A DNA stretch of 64,000 nucleotides from positions 2,544-66,543 of the forward strand of contig CAZPFO010000003.1 in the NCBI GenBank assembly GCA_964585935.1, in the 5' to 3' direction. The position numbers and the translations under genes are program-made. Shown here piece by piece: positions 1-9,269 of the stretch (the first letter of the stretch is position 1; the number at the start of each line of letters is the position of its first letter). The stretch is from an uncultured Methanosarcinales archaeon. GTDB lineage: Archaea; Nanobdellota; Nanobdellia; Woesearchaeales; GW2011-AR4. The notes under the pieces are model-generated. The model did no database searches, was not told where the DNA came from, and saw only the letters and a program-made list of their open reading frames with translations.

Positions 1-1037
1 GGATACTTCTCTCAGTTTTTGCAGTAACATCCTTATTCTCCTCAGCTATAACTGGTTTTTCTAGTGACCGCTATCCAATAAAATATCTGTCTGTTTTCAG
101 CTTTGCCTTGCTTATCATCTACACATTTGGATTGTCCACAACAAAAAATTTCTGGGTCATCCTCATACTTTTTTTCATAGGGGGGCTTGGCAACAATATC
201 TCAGAAATTTCATTGACAAGCTTTGTTATGAAGATAATAGATAAAAAAAAGTCAGGAAAAAAGCTGGGCATTTTCAACTCAATAACAACAATTGCATCTG
301 GCTTAGGAGCTTTAACTGCAGGCCTGTTGATAGCAAAAATAAAATTTACAGATGTGTTTCTTTTATTGGCCCTGCTGTTTCTTGCAACTATCCTATTCAC
401 CATATTCATAAAAAAGATTGGAACTTTCAAATATAGTATAGGGCACTATAAAGGGGATTTATGGAAAAAAGAGATAATCCTCTTCATCATTATCATTTTC
501 ATATTCACTCTTCATTGGGGTGCTGAAGGAACGTCTTACGCTTTATTATTGAAAGATAATTTTTCTTTGGGACAGACAGCGCTTGGATGGTATATTGGCA
601 CAGCATGGATATTTTTTGGCGTATTCATGTACTTCATAAGCAAACCCATCGATAAAGACAAATTTCTTTCAAAAACATTATACTGGGGTTTGCTATTATC
701 CGGCATAGGCCACATCTTATTTGTTTACCCCAACATAATATATTCTTACCTGCTGAGGTTAATCCACGAATTTGGAGATGCTGCAGTCTACATGTTCCTT
801 TTTGTGGCCATGCACCGCCATTTCCCCTCAGAAAGAATAGGGGGGACTTCAGGAGTTATTTTAACAGTCACAGTCCTAGGCAAATTTTTGGGCTCCCTTA
901 TTTTCGGGCCTATGGGGGATATATTCGGATACCATTATCCTTTTATAATATCAGGCATTCTGACATTATTATGCTTAGGAATAGCTTATTTTTATATAAG
1001 GACCCTGAAAGAAAATGACACCAAAACAACTGCTTAA
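1..1037 (+). CDS. MFS-type membrane transporter (5' end outside window)
   Basis: The frame of ORF 108..1037 has no stop back to base 3, so the gene is 5'-truncated. The product is a series of hydrophobic helices with short basic loops (DKKKSGKKLGIFNS..GLGALTAG), as in major-facilitator permeases. Confidence 0.6.
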   Translation, partial: ILLSVFAVTSLFSSAITGFSSDRYPIKYLSVFSFALLIIYTFGLSTTKNFWVILILFFIGGLGNNISEISLTSFVMKIIDKKKSGKKLGIFNSITTIASGLGALTAGLLIAKIKFTDVFLLLALLFLATILFTIFIKKIGTFKYSIGHYKGDLWKKEIILFIIIIFIFTLHWGAEGTSYALLLKDNFSLGQTALGWYIGTAWIFFGVFMYFISKPIDKDKFLSKTLYWGLLLSGIGHILFVYPNIIYSYLLRLIHEFGDAAVYMFLFVAMHRHFPSERIGGTSGVILTVTVLGKFLGSLIFGPMGDIFGYHYPFIISGILTLLCLGIAYFYIRTLKENDTKTTA

Positions 1038-1839
1038 AAACAAATTAACAGAAAAACAGCTCGGGCTTTTACCGTCTTCTTACGATATTGTAGGCTCTAT
1101 TTTGATATTTTCAGATTTTCCCTCGCAACTCATTAAAAAAGAAAAAACAATTGCTAATGCTCTGCTTGAGCTGCACAAGAATATAAAAACAGTCTGCAAA
1201 AAAACAAAAAAATACTCTGGAAAGTATAGGCTGCCAAAACTAAAAATAATTGCAGGAGAGAAAACAAAAGAAACAACCTACAAAGAGAATAACGTCACTT
1301 TGAGATTAGACGTAGAGAAAGTATACTTCTCTTCAAGATTAAGCTCAGAAAGAAAAAGGATTTACCAGATGGTCAAGCCAAAAGAGTCTGTTTTGGTTAT
1401 GTTCTCTGGCTGCGGGCCATACCCGATCATCATCTCAAAAAACTCAAGGCCAAAAGAAATCTATGGCATCGAGATAAACCCAACTGCCCATAAATACGCA
1501 GAAGAGAATGTAAAATTAAACAAAATTGAAAATATCCGGTTATTCAAAGGGGATGTAAACAAAGTCTTGACAAAAATAAACAAAAAGTTTGACAGGATCC
1601 TGATGCCATTGCCAAAAGGAGCAGAATCATTTTTACCATTAGCCTTAACAAAAATCAAAAAAAACGGAATTATCCATTTCTATGATTTTTTAGCTGAAGA
1701 TGAATTATCAAAAGCAAAAGAGAAAATCAACAAAGCCTGCAAAACAACAAAGAAAAAATGCAGGATTTTGAAAATTGTCAAATGCGGCCAGTTCTCTCCG
1801 AGAAAATACAGGGTTTGTGCAGATATTAAAATAAATTAG
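1015..1839 (+). CDS. trm5: Met-10/Trm5/Taw2-like tRNA methyltransferase
   Basis: ATG at 1015. Class I SAM fold core VLVMFSGCGPYPI..IYGIEINP..FDRILMPLP, typical of archaeal Trm5/TYW2 enzymes. Confidence 0.7.
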   Translation: MTPKQLLKNKLTEKQLGLLPSSYDIVGSILIFSDFPSQLIKKEKTIANALLELHKNIKTVCKKTKKYSGKYRLPKLKIIAGEKTKETTYKENNVTLRLDVEKVYFSSRLSSERKRIYQMVKPKESVLVMFSGCGPYPIIISKNSRPKEIYGIEINPTAHKYAEENVKLNKIENIRLFKGDVNKVLTKINKKFDRILMPLPKGAESFLPLALTKIKKNGIIHFYDFLAEDELSKAKEKINKACKTTKKKCRILKIVKCGQFSPRKYRVCADIKIN

Positions 1840-1850
1840 ATTTAAAATGA

Positions 1851-2459
1851 TCAATTAAGAAACCCATTCTTCTCTAAAACCTCAAGAATGCTCTTTTCCT
1901 CTAGCTCATGCTTAAACCTGCTATGCAATTTCATCTCTTCAATATAACTCTTTATACATCTCTTCATCTCTTCTTCTGTCTCCCCCATCTCCTTTAAAAG
2001 AAGATTAATATCTCCATTCTTGTGATTCTTTTTTGTCAGGTAACAATCATCCTCTTTTATATCATCCTCGTGCTCGACTGTAATCTTAATGTCTCCATCT
2101 TTTTCCTCAAACCAGAAAGGGTAGATCCTGCACATTCTCGGCCTCACATCAAATATCTTACAGCCTTTCTCTCCAAGAAAAAAACATCCCCCATTATTAC
2201 CATTCATCAAAATTACTCTATCTCCAATATACAATAAATCACCTGCTTTTTCATCAACATCTCCATCATCTTCACCATCATCCTCAACCTCTGTTAATCT
2301 ACAAAAATCATCCGGCTTAAGCCCTGTTTTCTTTACAATTCTTCCAATATCGCTTAAAGTAAGCCAAAAACCAGGATCTTTCTCTATAAAAGGGCTCACG
2401 CAGCAATTCGTGCATTCCAGTTTGCCCTTTGCGCACTCCCCACATACATGCTTATCCAT
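1851..2459 (-). CDS. YkgJ-type Cys-cluster (zinc/iron-chelating) protein
   Basis: N-terminal CGECAKGKLECTNCC cluster plus later Cys residues, as in the CxxCxxCC family. Contains an acidic insert (EDDGEDDGDVDE). Confidence 0.55.
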   Translation of the reverse strand: MDKHVCGECAKGKLECTNCCVSPFIEKDPGFWLTLSDIGRIVKKTGLKPDDFCRLTEVEDDGEDDGDVDEKAGDLLYIGDRVILMNGNNGGCFFLGEKGCKIFDVRPRMCRIYPFWFEEKDGDIKITVEHEDDIKEDDCYLTKKNHKNGDINLLLKEMGETEEEMKRCIKSYIEEMKLHSRFKHELEEKSILEVLEKNGFLN

Positions 2460-2811
2460 TTTTTAAAAAGAATCAATATATGGTTAATAAGCGTTTCTAA
2501 ATTCAAAGTTATAGCTATAAAATTTTTGAATTAAAAAAAATACGAAAACAGAAATTAAAAAGTGTGTACGCTCAGCAGTTACTACCTTAAGTCATCTCCT
2601 TTCGGATCTTAGGGTGTTCATATAATCATCGCGTACACTAGGAAACTAATATAATCCCTTATTTAAGGTTTTCCTAAATCAAGTTGAAAAGAACAAAAAA
2701 ATCATCTGCTGGGGAGAACAGTCACTCAGTTCTGCTCTATTAAATCAGGAGCTAGGACACTTAGTGGAGGAACACTAGTGGGGAGGAAATAAATTTTTAC
2801 AAAGTAAAAAC

Positions 2812-4008
2812 TCATCCAAACATCCTCATATAATCTTCCCCTTCCATCTTCTCTTCCTGATTGACCTTGTCAACAGCTCTTAAGAAGTCCTTCATAAATA
2901 TCTTGAACCTGTCTTCTCTTATAGCAAAATAGCCTGCTTCTGTGCATGCAGCCTTGATCTCAGCTCCGGAAAAACCATCCATGATTTCAATTACTTTATT
3001 TACATTAACATCTTTATCCAGATCCATATCCTTGCTGTGTATTTTGAAAATACTCATCCTTGCCTCTTGATTAGGCACAGGAATATTTATCAGCCTGTCA
3101 AGCCTTCCAGGCCTCAAAACTGCAGGATCAAGAATATCTTTTCTGTTAGTGGCCCCTATAACCTTTACATTGCCCAAGGGCTCAAACCCGTCAATCTCTG
3201 CCAATAACTGCATGAAAGTCCTGCTAACCTCCCTTTCACCGGAAGTGCCGACATCTACCCTTTTGGCAGCCAGTGCATCAAGCTCATCAATAAAAATAAT
3301 TGTAGGAGCCCTTTTCCTTGCCAACTCGAAAATCTCCTTTACAAGCTTAGCCCCTTCCCCGATAAATTTCTGCACAAGTTCGCTGCCAACAACCTCGATA
3401 AAAGTGGACTTAGTTGATGCAGCAACAGCCTTTGCCAGCAGTGTTTTTCCTGTGCCGGGAGGCCCATACAACAAAATGCCTTTTGGAGGCTGCACTCCTA
3501 CTTTCTTAAACAATTCGGGTTTCTTTAATGGCAGCTCCACAACTTCCTTGATCTCTTCTATCTGCCTGCTTAATCCACCCACAAACTCCCATGAAATATC
3601 AGGCTGTTCGACAATAACAAACTTCTCAATATTGAACTTTTTTGTTGTAGGTATCTTTTTGATAATATTCAGGTTTTTCTGGTCAGCTAAGACCATATCT
3701 CCTGCCCTCAGCTTTTCACAGCTCTCGCCAACATTGACAGAAAATTGGTTTCCATTGGGTATCCTTATTATAGCATTATTTTTGCTGAAAACATCCATAA
3801 CCTCGCACACCATCAACGGCGGCTCTCTAAACCTGTCCAGCTCTTCTTTCAGCTTGTTCACAGTGCTTTTTAACAGCCTGTTCTCATCATCAGCCTTATT
3901 GGAAACAGCAGTATAATTATAGATTACGCTGTCAAGCACATTTTTTTCTTTTGTGTTGTTCATATTCTTTAGTATGACTTTATTATTTAAAAAGCTTTTT
4001 GATTTCAA
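2812..4008 (-). CDS. pan: proteasome-activating nucleotidase (AAA+ ATPase PAN)
   Basis: Walker A GPPGTGKTLLAKAVA, Walker B IIFIDELD, and an N-terminal coiled coil plus OB region. The start at 4008 is TTG and overlaps the upstream stop; an alternative ATG lies at 3963. Confidence 0.9.
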   Translation of the reverse strand: MKSKSFLNNKVILKNMNNTKEKNVLDSVIYNYTAVSNKADDENRLLKSTVNKLKEELDRFREPPLMVCEVMDVFSKNNAIIRIPNGNQFSVNVGESCEKLRAGDMVLADQKNLNIIKKIPTTKKFNIEKFVIVEQPDISWEFVGGLSRQIEEIKEVVELPLKKPELFKKVGVQPPKGILLYGPPGTGKTLLAKAVAASTKSTFIEVVGSELVQKFIGEGAKLVKEIFELARKRAPTIIFIDELDALAAKRVDVGTSGEREVSRTFMQLLAEIDGFEPLGNVKVIGATNRKDILDPAVLRPGRLDRLINIPVPNQEARMSIFKIHSKDMDLDKDVNVNKVIEIMDGFSGAEIKAACTEAGYFAIREDRFKIFMKDFLRAVDKVNQEEKMEGEDYMRMFG

Positions 4009-4949
4009 ATCAAAAATTTCCCTCTTTTCATAACCAATTTACCATCCACAAAAACATCAGGCTTTCTTATTATGCAATCAACATGAAAAGGAACATCAAA
4101 ACTGCCTCCAAAAGAAGTATTGTCTCCTAGCGCGATATGCACAGTCCCCAAAACCTTTTCATCCTCCAGCACATTCCCGGTTATCTTTGCATCCTTGTTT
4201 GTTCCAAACGCAAATTCAGCAATATTCCTGTATTTTTTATTCTTCAGTTGTTTTTTTAATGTTATTGCCTTTTTTCCTCCTTTTATTTCAGCTGCAAAAC
4301 CATTCTCAACAACAATTTTAACATCCCTATCAACAAGGCCCAATCCCCCAATACTGCTATCAACTACAAAAACCCCCTCTGTTTTGCCCTCTGTTGGCAT
4401 AAATCCAATCTCACCAGCAGGCAGATTCCCAGAAGCTCCTTTTTTTCTATAAATGCCAGAATCATCAAACCATTTTTTACCAAAAATCCCTAAAGAAATA
4501 TCAGTTCCTTTTTTTGTCTTGACCCTGACAACTTTGCCTTTTTTTAATCTTTTTATCAGGCTCAGATTTTTCTTTTCCATCACACTATAACTTCCATTCA
4601 GGGTCCTTTCAATGATATCCTCGCTAATGCCGGGCATTGTTGCCATCCTTACCCCTTCTTTTATAGCATTCTTTCTGGCTCTTGTATGGCTTATGGACTT
4701 TAAGGTTATACCTAGAATAACATCATAACCCAGCATCATATTAGCCACTTTCTTTGGAGGCTCAACTCCATGGGTCTTTGGAATGGGAATTTTAACTAAA
4801 TCAGCATCTGCCATGCTTTTTGCAGCCTCCAAAAAAACCTTTCCTATTTTATTAAGCTTAGAATCAGTGATAATAAGCACTTTTTCATGCTTTTTGACAC
4901 CCATGCAATTTTTTAAAACATTCACCGCAGCTTTTTCTGATTTATTCAT
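4005..4949 (-). CDS. M29-family (aminopeptidase T/PepS-like) aminopeptidase
   Basis: C-terminal signature NIAEFAFGTN..EDEKVLGTVHIALGDN. The ORF-track start at 4964 is TTG, so the ATG at 4949 (MNKSEK) is preferred. The stop overlaps the pan start. Confidence 0.7.
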   Translation of the reverse strand: MNKSEKAAVNVLKNCMGVKKHEKVLIITDSKLNKIGKVFLEAAKSMADADLVKIPIPKTHGVEPPKKVANMMLGYDVILGITLKSISHTRARKNAIKEGVRMATMPGISEDIIERTLNGSYSVMEKKNLSLIKRLKKGKVVRVKTKKGTDISLGIFGKKWFDDSGIYRKKGASGNLPAGEIGFMPTEGKTEGVFVVDSSIGGLGLVDRDVKIVVENGFAAEIKGGKKAITLKKQLKNKKYRNIAEFAFGTNKDAKITGNVLEDEKVLGTVHIALGDNTSFGGSFDVPFHVDCIIRKPDVFVDGKLVMKRGKFLI

Positions 4950-4953
4950 TTGA

Positions 4954-6735
4954 TTATATGGCAAACTCTCCCTTTTTGATCACCCAATGAATCTTTTTCT
5001 TCTTATCAATACCATAAATATCAAGTTTCTGCTTTGGAGAATCTATGACAATATCCCAATGATAGACAGTTGCCCTGTCAGCATCAAAACCCAGGCCAAG
5101 AGCAACGTGGATCATCTTGGCAATTTTCTCATTGACAATCAAATAATCGCAAAGCTTGGCTTTAGGATTCGTATTAACAGCAAACTCTCCAATTTTCCTG
5201 AAATTCCTCTTATACATCTTTATAACTTCCTTGGGCAAACTCTCCTTTTGTTCAAAATTCCTTATCTTCTCTTTGGCTTCTTTCCATTCCTTTCTCATCT
5301 TTTCCAGTATTTTTCCAGGAGCCCTCAGCACCTTATACCCTTTTTCATCAACTTCAACAATTATCGGGCTTTTTTCAGGAATTCTATAACTCCCATCAAT
5401 ATTTATGACAACATCCCCGACAATGATCCCCTCAACCCTCTCAGGAGTCACAAACGCCTCCCCGCTTGGAAAATTCGCATAACTCCCGCATTTTTTCCCT
5501 GTTTTCTTAAAGTGCTCCTGGTCAACTATTGTCCTGACATCAGAATCCTGGGCTATGAATTCCCTCCTGCTTCCATCATTTTTCAGCAAATGAACAGTAA
5601 AGTCAGTTTTATGTCCGTCTACCTGATCACCTATAACTCTTACATGATCACATTTCTCCAGGACCTTTTTTATTTTTATGCTCCTCTTCCTCAGCTTTTC
5701 ATAATTGACATTACACGTTTCAATAAAAATATCTATCGGCAAAGTCTCGGTAACAGCATACCTCATGATGGGGTCTCTGGTCTCAAGAGCACTTTGAGGG
5801 GCATACCTGTCCTTCAGCATCATCTGGCCAGGACTGCTCCACCTTGTTTTTTTATCTAAAGTAGGATACCCTATCTCTTCTCCAAAAAAATGCTTTCCAT
5901 GATAACCCTTGGCATGAATCCCAAAGCCAGCAGTAGCATTCTCAAGTTTATCAATCCTTAACAGCTCTGAAAGCTTCCTGAATTTTTTAAAGACATCTTC
6001 ATCAACATTCTTATCTAACTCACAACCTCTCAGCATAGCCATCAGGTCAGTTGTCCTCACAGGCCTGGCTAAAACTGAGAATTTGTCAGTGCTCGCACCC
6101 AGACTTATATCTGCCCCGAACCTCTTTGCAGCAGTTGTCATGGCCATAGCAATAGAATAAGAATCAAGGTAATCTTCCAAAGGCAGCTCTGTGTTCTTCT
6201 CCCTGGGCACAAGCGCAAACCCGATACTTACCCTGTCTGTGTTTTTCAGATTATACCCTTCTCTCCATATGACCCCTGCAGTATCAACCAGATCTTTCCA
6301 CCTGTACTTTTTATGCCATCTATTCCTGTAGTTCAGCTCAAGAGTGCCGCTAAAACCATTTTCTTTGGAAACAAGGATGATCTCAGGATCCCGGAAGATA
6401 TCTTCAAAACTTTTGTTTTTTGTCCTTTTCGCAACACTTTTTATAAACCCATTCAGGGCCTTCACTTTCAGGGTCTTTAGCTTTTTCTTTTTTTCATTAT
6501 AGACTCTCCACACCCTTCTCACTATGTTCAGGTTTTCACTCACTCCCTCATTGACAACAGCATGTATCTCTCCTCCAAGATCATGCACAGCTCTTGATAA
6601 AGGAGCTAAAGAATAAAACGCCTCTTTATACCTTAGATCAATAACAGCAAAAACAACCTTATTCTCAACCTTTCCTTTGAGAATTTTAGAATATTCGCTT
6701 ACTTCCTTGTTAAAAATCTTTAGATTGTATTTCAT
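4954..6735 (-). CDS. divergent, enlarged M29-like aminopeptidase paralogue
   Basis: The C-terminus KIGEFAVNTNPKA..NEKIAKMIHVALGLG parallels the M29 signature of the downstream gene. It is about 270 aa longer. ATG start at 6735. Confidence 0.5.
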   Translation of the reverse strand: MKYNLKIFNKEVSEYSKILKGKVENKVVFAVIDLRYKEAFYSLAPLSRAVHDLGGEIHAVVNEGVSENLNIVRRVWRVYNEKKKKLKTLKVKALNGFIKSVAKRTKNKSFEDIFRDPEIILVSKENGFSGTLELNYRNRWHKKYRWKDLVDTAGVIWREGYNLKNTDRVSIGFALVPREKNTELPLEDYLDSYSIAMAMTTAAKRFGADISLGASTDKFSVLARPVRTTDLMAMLRGCELDKNVDEDVFKKFRKLSELLRIDKLENATAGFGIHAKGYHGKHFFGEEIGYPTLDKKTRWSSPGQMMLKDRYAPQSALETRDPIMRYAVTETLPIDIFIETCNVNYEKLRKRSIKIKKVLEKCDHVRVIGDQVDGHKTDFTVHLLKNDGSRREFIAQDSDVRTIVDQEHFKKTGKKCGSYANFPSGEAFVTPERVEGIIVGDVVINIDGSYRIPEKSPIIVEVDEKGYKVLRAPGKILEKMRKEWKEAKEKIRNFEQKESLPKEVIKMYKRNFRKIGEFAVNTNPKAKLCDYLIVNEKIAKMIHVALGLGFDADRATVYHWDIVIDSPKQKLDIYGIDKKKKIHWVIKKGEFAI

Positions 6736-6941
6736 TATAGTCTCTTTATCATTGTTTATCTAAATTTTTAATCATTAAAAAAATACAATAGGAAATTTTC
6801 TTGATTCTCAACATGATTGAAAATTTCGTCTTCTTCCATTCCTTCATGTCATGAGTTAAAGGAAAATCCTTAGTTGATTTTCGCAATTACTTTGGAATAA
6901 AGCGAAAATCCTATTTAATTTTATTATTGAATTTTAACTTT

Positions 6942-8018
6942 TCAAACTATTAATAAATCTTTCGTTGCCTTTGTCAATCTGACTGCCTTATTTTCCATCA
7001 GAACAGTATCCTCTATCCTTATCCCGAACTTATTCTCAAAATATATGCCTGGCTCAACAGTAAAGACCATATTTTTCTGGATTTTATCTTTAGAAAGCTC
7101 AGTCAGATTAGGCAGTTCATGAACTTTAACTCCAATACCGTGCCCAAGCCCATGCGTAAAATTATTTTTATATTTATTCAGCATTCTTAATGCTTCACTA
7201 TGCAGATAACCTCCTCTCACCCCTAATTTTATCTTTTTGATTACCTCTTTCTGAACATTCAATAAAAAATTGTAAATCTCTTTTTCTTTCTTATTAATTT
7301 TCCCGATATAAAATGTTCTTGTTGTATCAGAGCAATATCCCTTATAGGTTATCCCAAAATCAACAACGCAAAACCCCTTGCTCATCTTCCTGTTTTCATC
7401 AGAATGTGGCATGCTTGAATTTTTTCCAGAAGCAACTATCGGAGTAAACGCCATGCTGCATCTATTCTTTTTTGTTTCATTCTCTAAAAAAGTCTTTGCT
7501 TCTGTCTCTGTCCTGAATTTCTTTAAATTACTGAAAAACTTCCTTAATATGCTGTCAGAAATTCTGCACGCTTCCTTTATCCTCTTTATCTCCTCTTTTG
7601 TTTTTATTTCCCTTAATTTCAGGCAAAATCCGGAAATATCAGTTGTTTTTGCTTTTTTAAAAGTTTTTTTAATGGCTTTATGGACATTCAATGTTACAAA
7701 TGACTTGTCTATGGCAATTTTCCTTATATTCTTTTTTTTCAGAATCCCCAGAATCGTTTCAGTAATCCTCTTCCCTTTTTTCCTCACAAATGCCTTTATC
7801 TTTGTTTTCTTTGCCTTTTCATATTCCATTTCATGCACAACTAAGAACGGCTTTTTATTTTTTGGAATAACCAAAGCTCCAGAACCACTATAACCTGAAA
7901 AATAGAAAATATTAGGCTCAACAGCATCAAATTCTATATTAAGAAACAAAGCAAAGTCTATCTTTTTCTTTCTTAACTCTTTTTGCATCTCTTTAATTTT
8001 CATACCAAACAAAAACAT
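6942..8018 (-). CDS. M24 Xaa-Pro aminopeptidase/dipeptidase
   Basis: Pita-bread metal ligand motifs HGLGHGIGVKVHE and GIRIEDTV. An alternative leaderless ATG at 8003 (MKIKEMQ) lies about 27 nt from the shared TATA. Confidence 0.85.
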   Translation of the reverse strand: MFLFGMKIKEMQKELRKKKIDFALFLNIEFDAVEPNIFYFSGYSGSGALVIPKNKKPFLVVHEMEYEKAKKTKIKAFVRKKGKRITETILGILKKKNIRKIAIDKSFVTLNVHKAIKKTFKKAKTTDISGFCLKLREIKTKEEIKRIKEACRISDSILRKFFSNLKKFRTETEAKTFLENETKKNRCSMAFTPIVASGKNSSMPHSDENRKMSKGFCVVDFGITYKGYCSDTTRTFYIGKINKKEKEIYNFLLNVQKEVIKKIKLGVRGGYLHSEALRMLNKYKNNFTHGLGHGIGVKVHELPNLTELSKDKIQKNMVFTVEPGIYFENKFGIRIEDTVLMENKAVRLTKATKDLLIV

Positions 8019-8052
8019 TAAATACTATTTAAATCATTTTATTTTTTAACAA

Positions 8053-9261
8053 ATGATAAAACACACCTTAAAAAACGGATTGACTGTGCTTTTCGAGAAA
8101 AGAAACACAAAGACAGTTGCAGTTGAGGTAGCAGTCAGGACAGGCTCAAACAACGAATCCGGGAAGATAAGCGGAATTTCTCATTTTATAGAGCATATGC
8201 TTTTTGAAGGGACAAAAACAAGAAGTTCCTCTAGAGAAATAGCAAACGAGATAGAAAAATTAGGCGGAGAGCTGAACGCATACACTTCAAACGAAAGAAC
8301 GGCTTTTTATGCTAAAGTTTTGAATAAGCACTTTGAAAAAGCTCTGGAAATACTTTCAGATATTCTAAAGAATCCGTTATTTGACAAAAAAGCCATAGAA
8401 AAAGAGAGAAAAGTGATATTGAAGGAAATCAACTTAGTTACTGACGAGCCCCGCTTTCACCAGTGGATTTTGTTCCAAAAAACACTGTTCAAAAAACACC
8501 CCACCAAAAACCCCACATACGGCTCAAAAGAGGCAGTCAAAAGCATTTCAAGAAAAGACATTCTGAATTACTATAAAGCTCATTACACACCCAACAATAT
8601 CATTGTTTCTGTTGTTGGGGATGTAAGCAATATAAAAAATAAAATAAATGATTGCTTTAAAGGCTTAAAAAAATCAGAACTTAAAAAACCTAAAAAAATC
8701 AAAGAGCCCCTGCAGACAAGACCAATAAAAAAAATCGAGAAGAAAAAGTTACTCAGCTCCTACATGATCCTGGGCTATAAGACCCCGAAAAGGTCAGAAA
8801 AAGACAGTTATGCTCTGGATGTGGTTGATTCTGTTTTAGGCCGCGGTCAATCCGGAAGGCTTTTTGACGAGATAAGAAACAAGTTAGGTTTGGTCTACGA
8901 AATAGGAACTCAATACGAGCCCGCAATTGACTATGGTTTTTTTGCAGTTTACTTAAGCACAGACAAAAAAAACATCAATAAGATAAAAAATATCATTTTA
9001 CAGGAATTTGAAAAACTGAAAAAAATAAGCAAAAAGGAATTAGCTGAGGCAAAAACCCAGATAGAAGGCAACTATGCTCTGGAAAATGAAGACAATTTCC
9101 ACAGGGCAGACGAATTCATATTCTGGCAGATGGTCAAAGACGCAAATTTAGCTGGAAATTACATCAAAGAAATAAAAAAAGTAACTAAAAAAGACATTAT
9201 AAAAGTTGTTGATAAATTTCTTAACAAGAATTATACTCTGACAGTTATTGAGCAGGATTAA
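8053..9261 (+). CDS. M16 (pitrilysin/insulinase-like) zinc peptidase
   Basis: Inverted zinc motif HFIEH followed by LFEGT. Length and two-lobe organisation are typical of M16B. Confidence 0.85.
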   Translation: MIKHTLKNGLTVLFEKRNTKTVAVEVAVRTGSNNESGKISGISHFIEHMLFEGTKTRSSSREIANEIEKLGGELNAYTSNERTAFYAKVLNKHFEKALEILSDILKNPLFDKKAIEKERKVILKEINLVTDEPRFHQWILFQKTLFKKHPTKNPTYGSKEAVKSISRKDILNYYKAHYTPNNIIVSVVGDVSNIKNKINDCFKGLKKSELKKPKKIKEPLQTRPIKKIEKKKLLSSYMILGYKTPKRSEKDSYALDVVDSVLGRGQSGRLFDEIRNKLGLVYEIGTQYEPAIDYGFFAVYLSTDKKNINKIKNIILQEFEKLKKISKKELAEAKTQIEGNYALENEDNFHRADEFIFWQMVKDANLAGNYIKEIKKVTKKDIIKVVDKFLNKNYTLTVIEQD

Positions 9262-9269
9262 GGGGGTAT

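Noticed and set aside
3149-3916. Long antisense ORFs inside well-supported genes. Examples: 3149..3916 (+) in pan, 4987..5859 (+) in the M29-like gene, 7378..7893 (+), 52790..53359 (+), 53458..53958 (+), 54705..55217 (+), 55257..55733 (+), 57420..58046 (+), 60368..60829 (+).
   Set aside because: Each lies opposite a gene with unmistakable conserved motifs. Their translations are low-complexity (S/F/L/P-rich) with no recognisable domain. They are the expected by-product of AT-rich, K/E-rich coding on the other strand.
6860-6915. Hairpin GATTTTCGC-N17-GCGAAAATC downstream of the M24 peptidase gene.
   Set aside because: It lies directly after a stop codon and before a T-rich tract. It is most simply a transcription terminator or spacer hairpin, with no other distinguishing feature.
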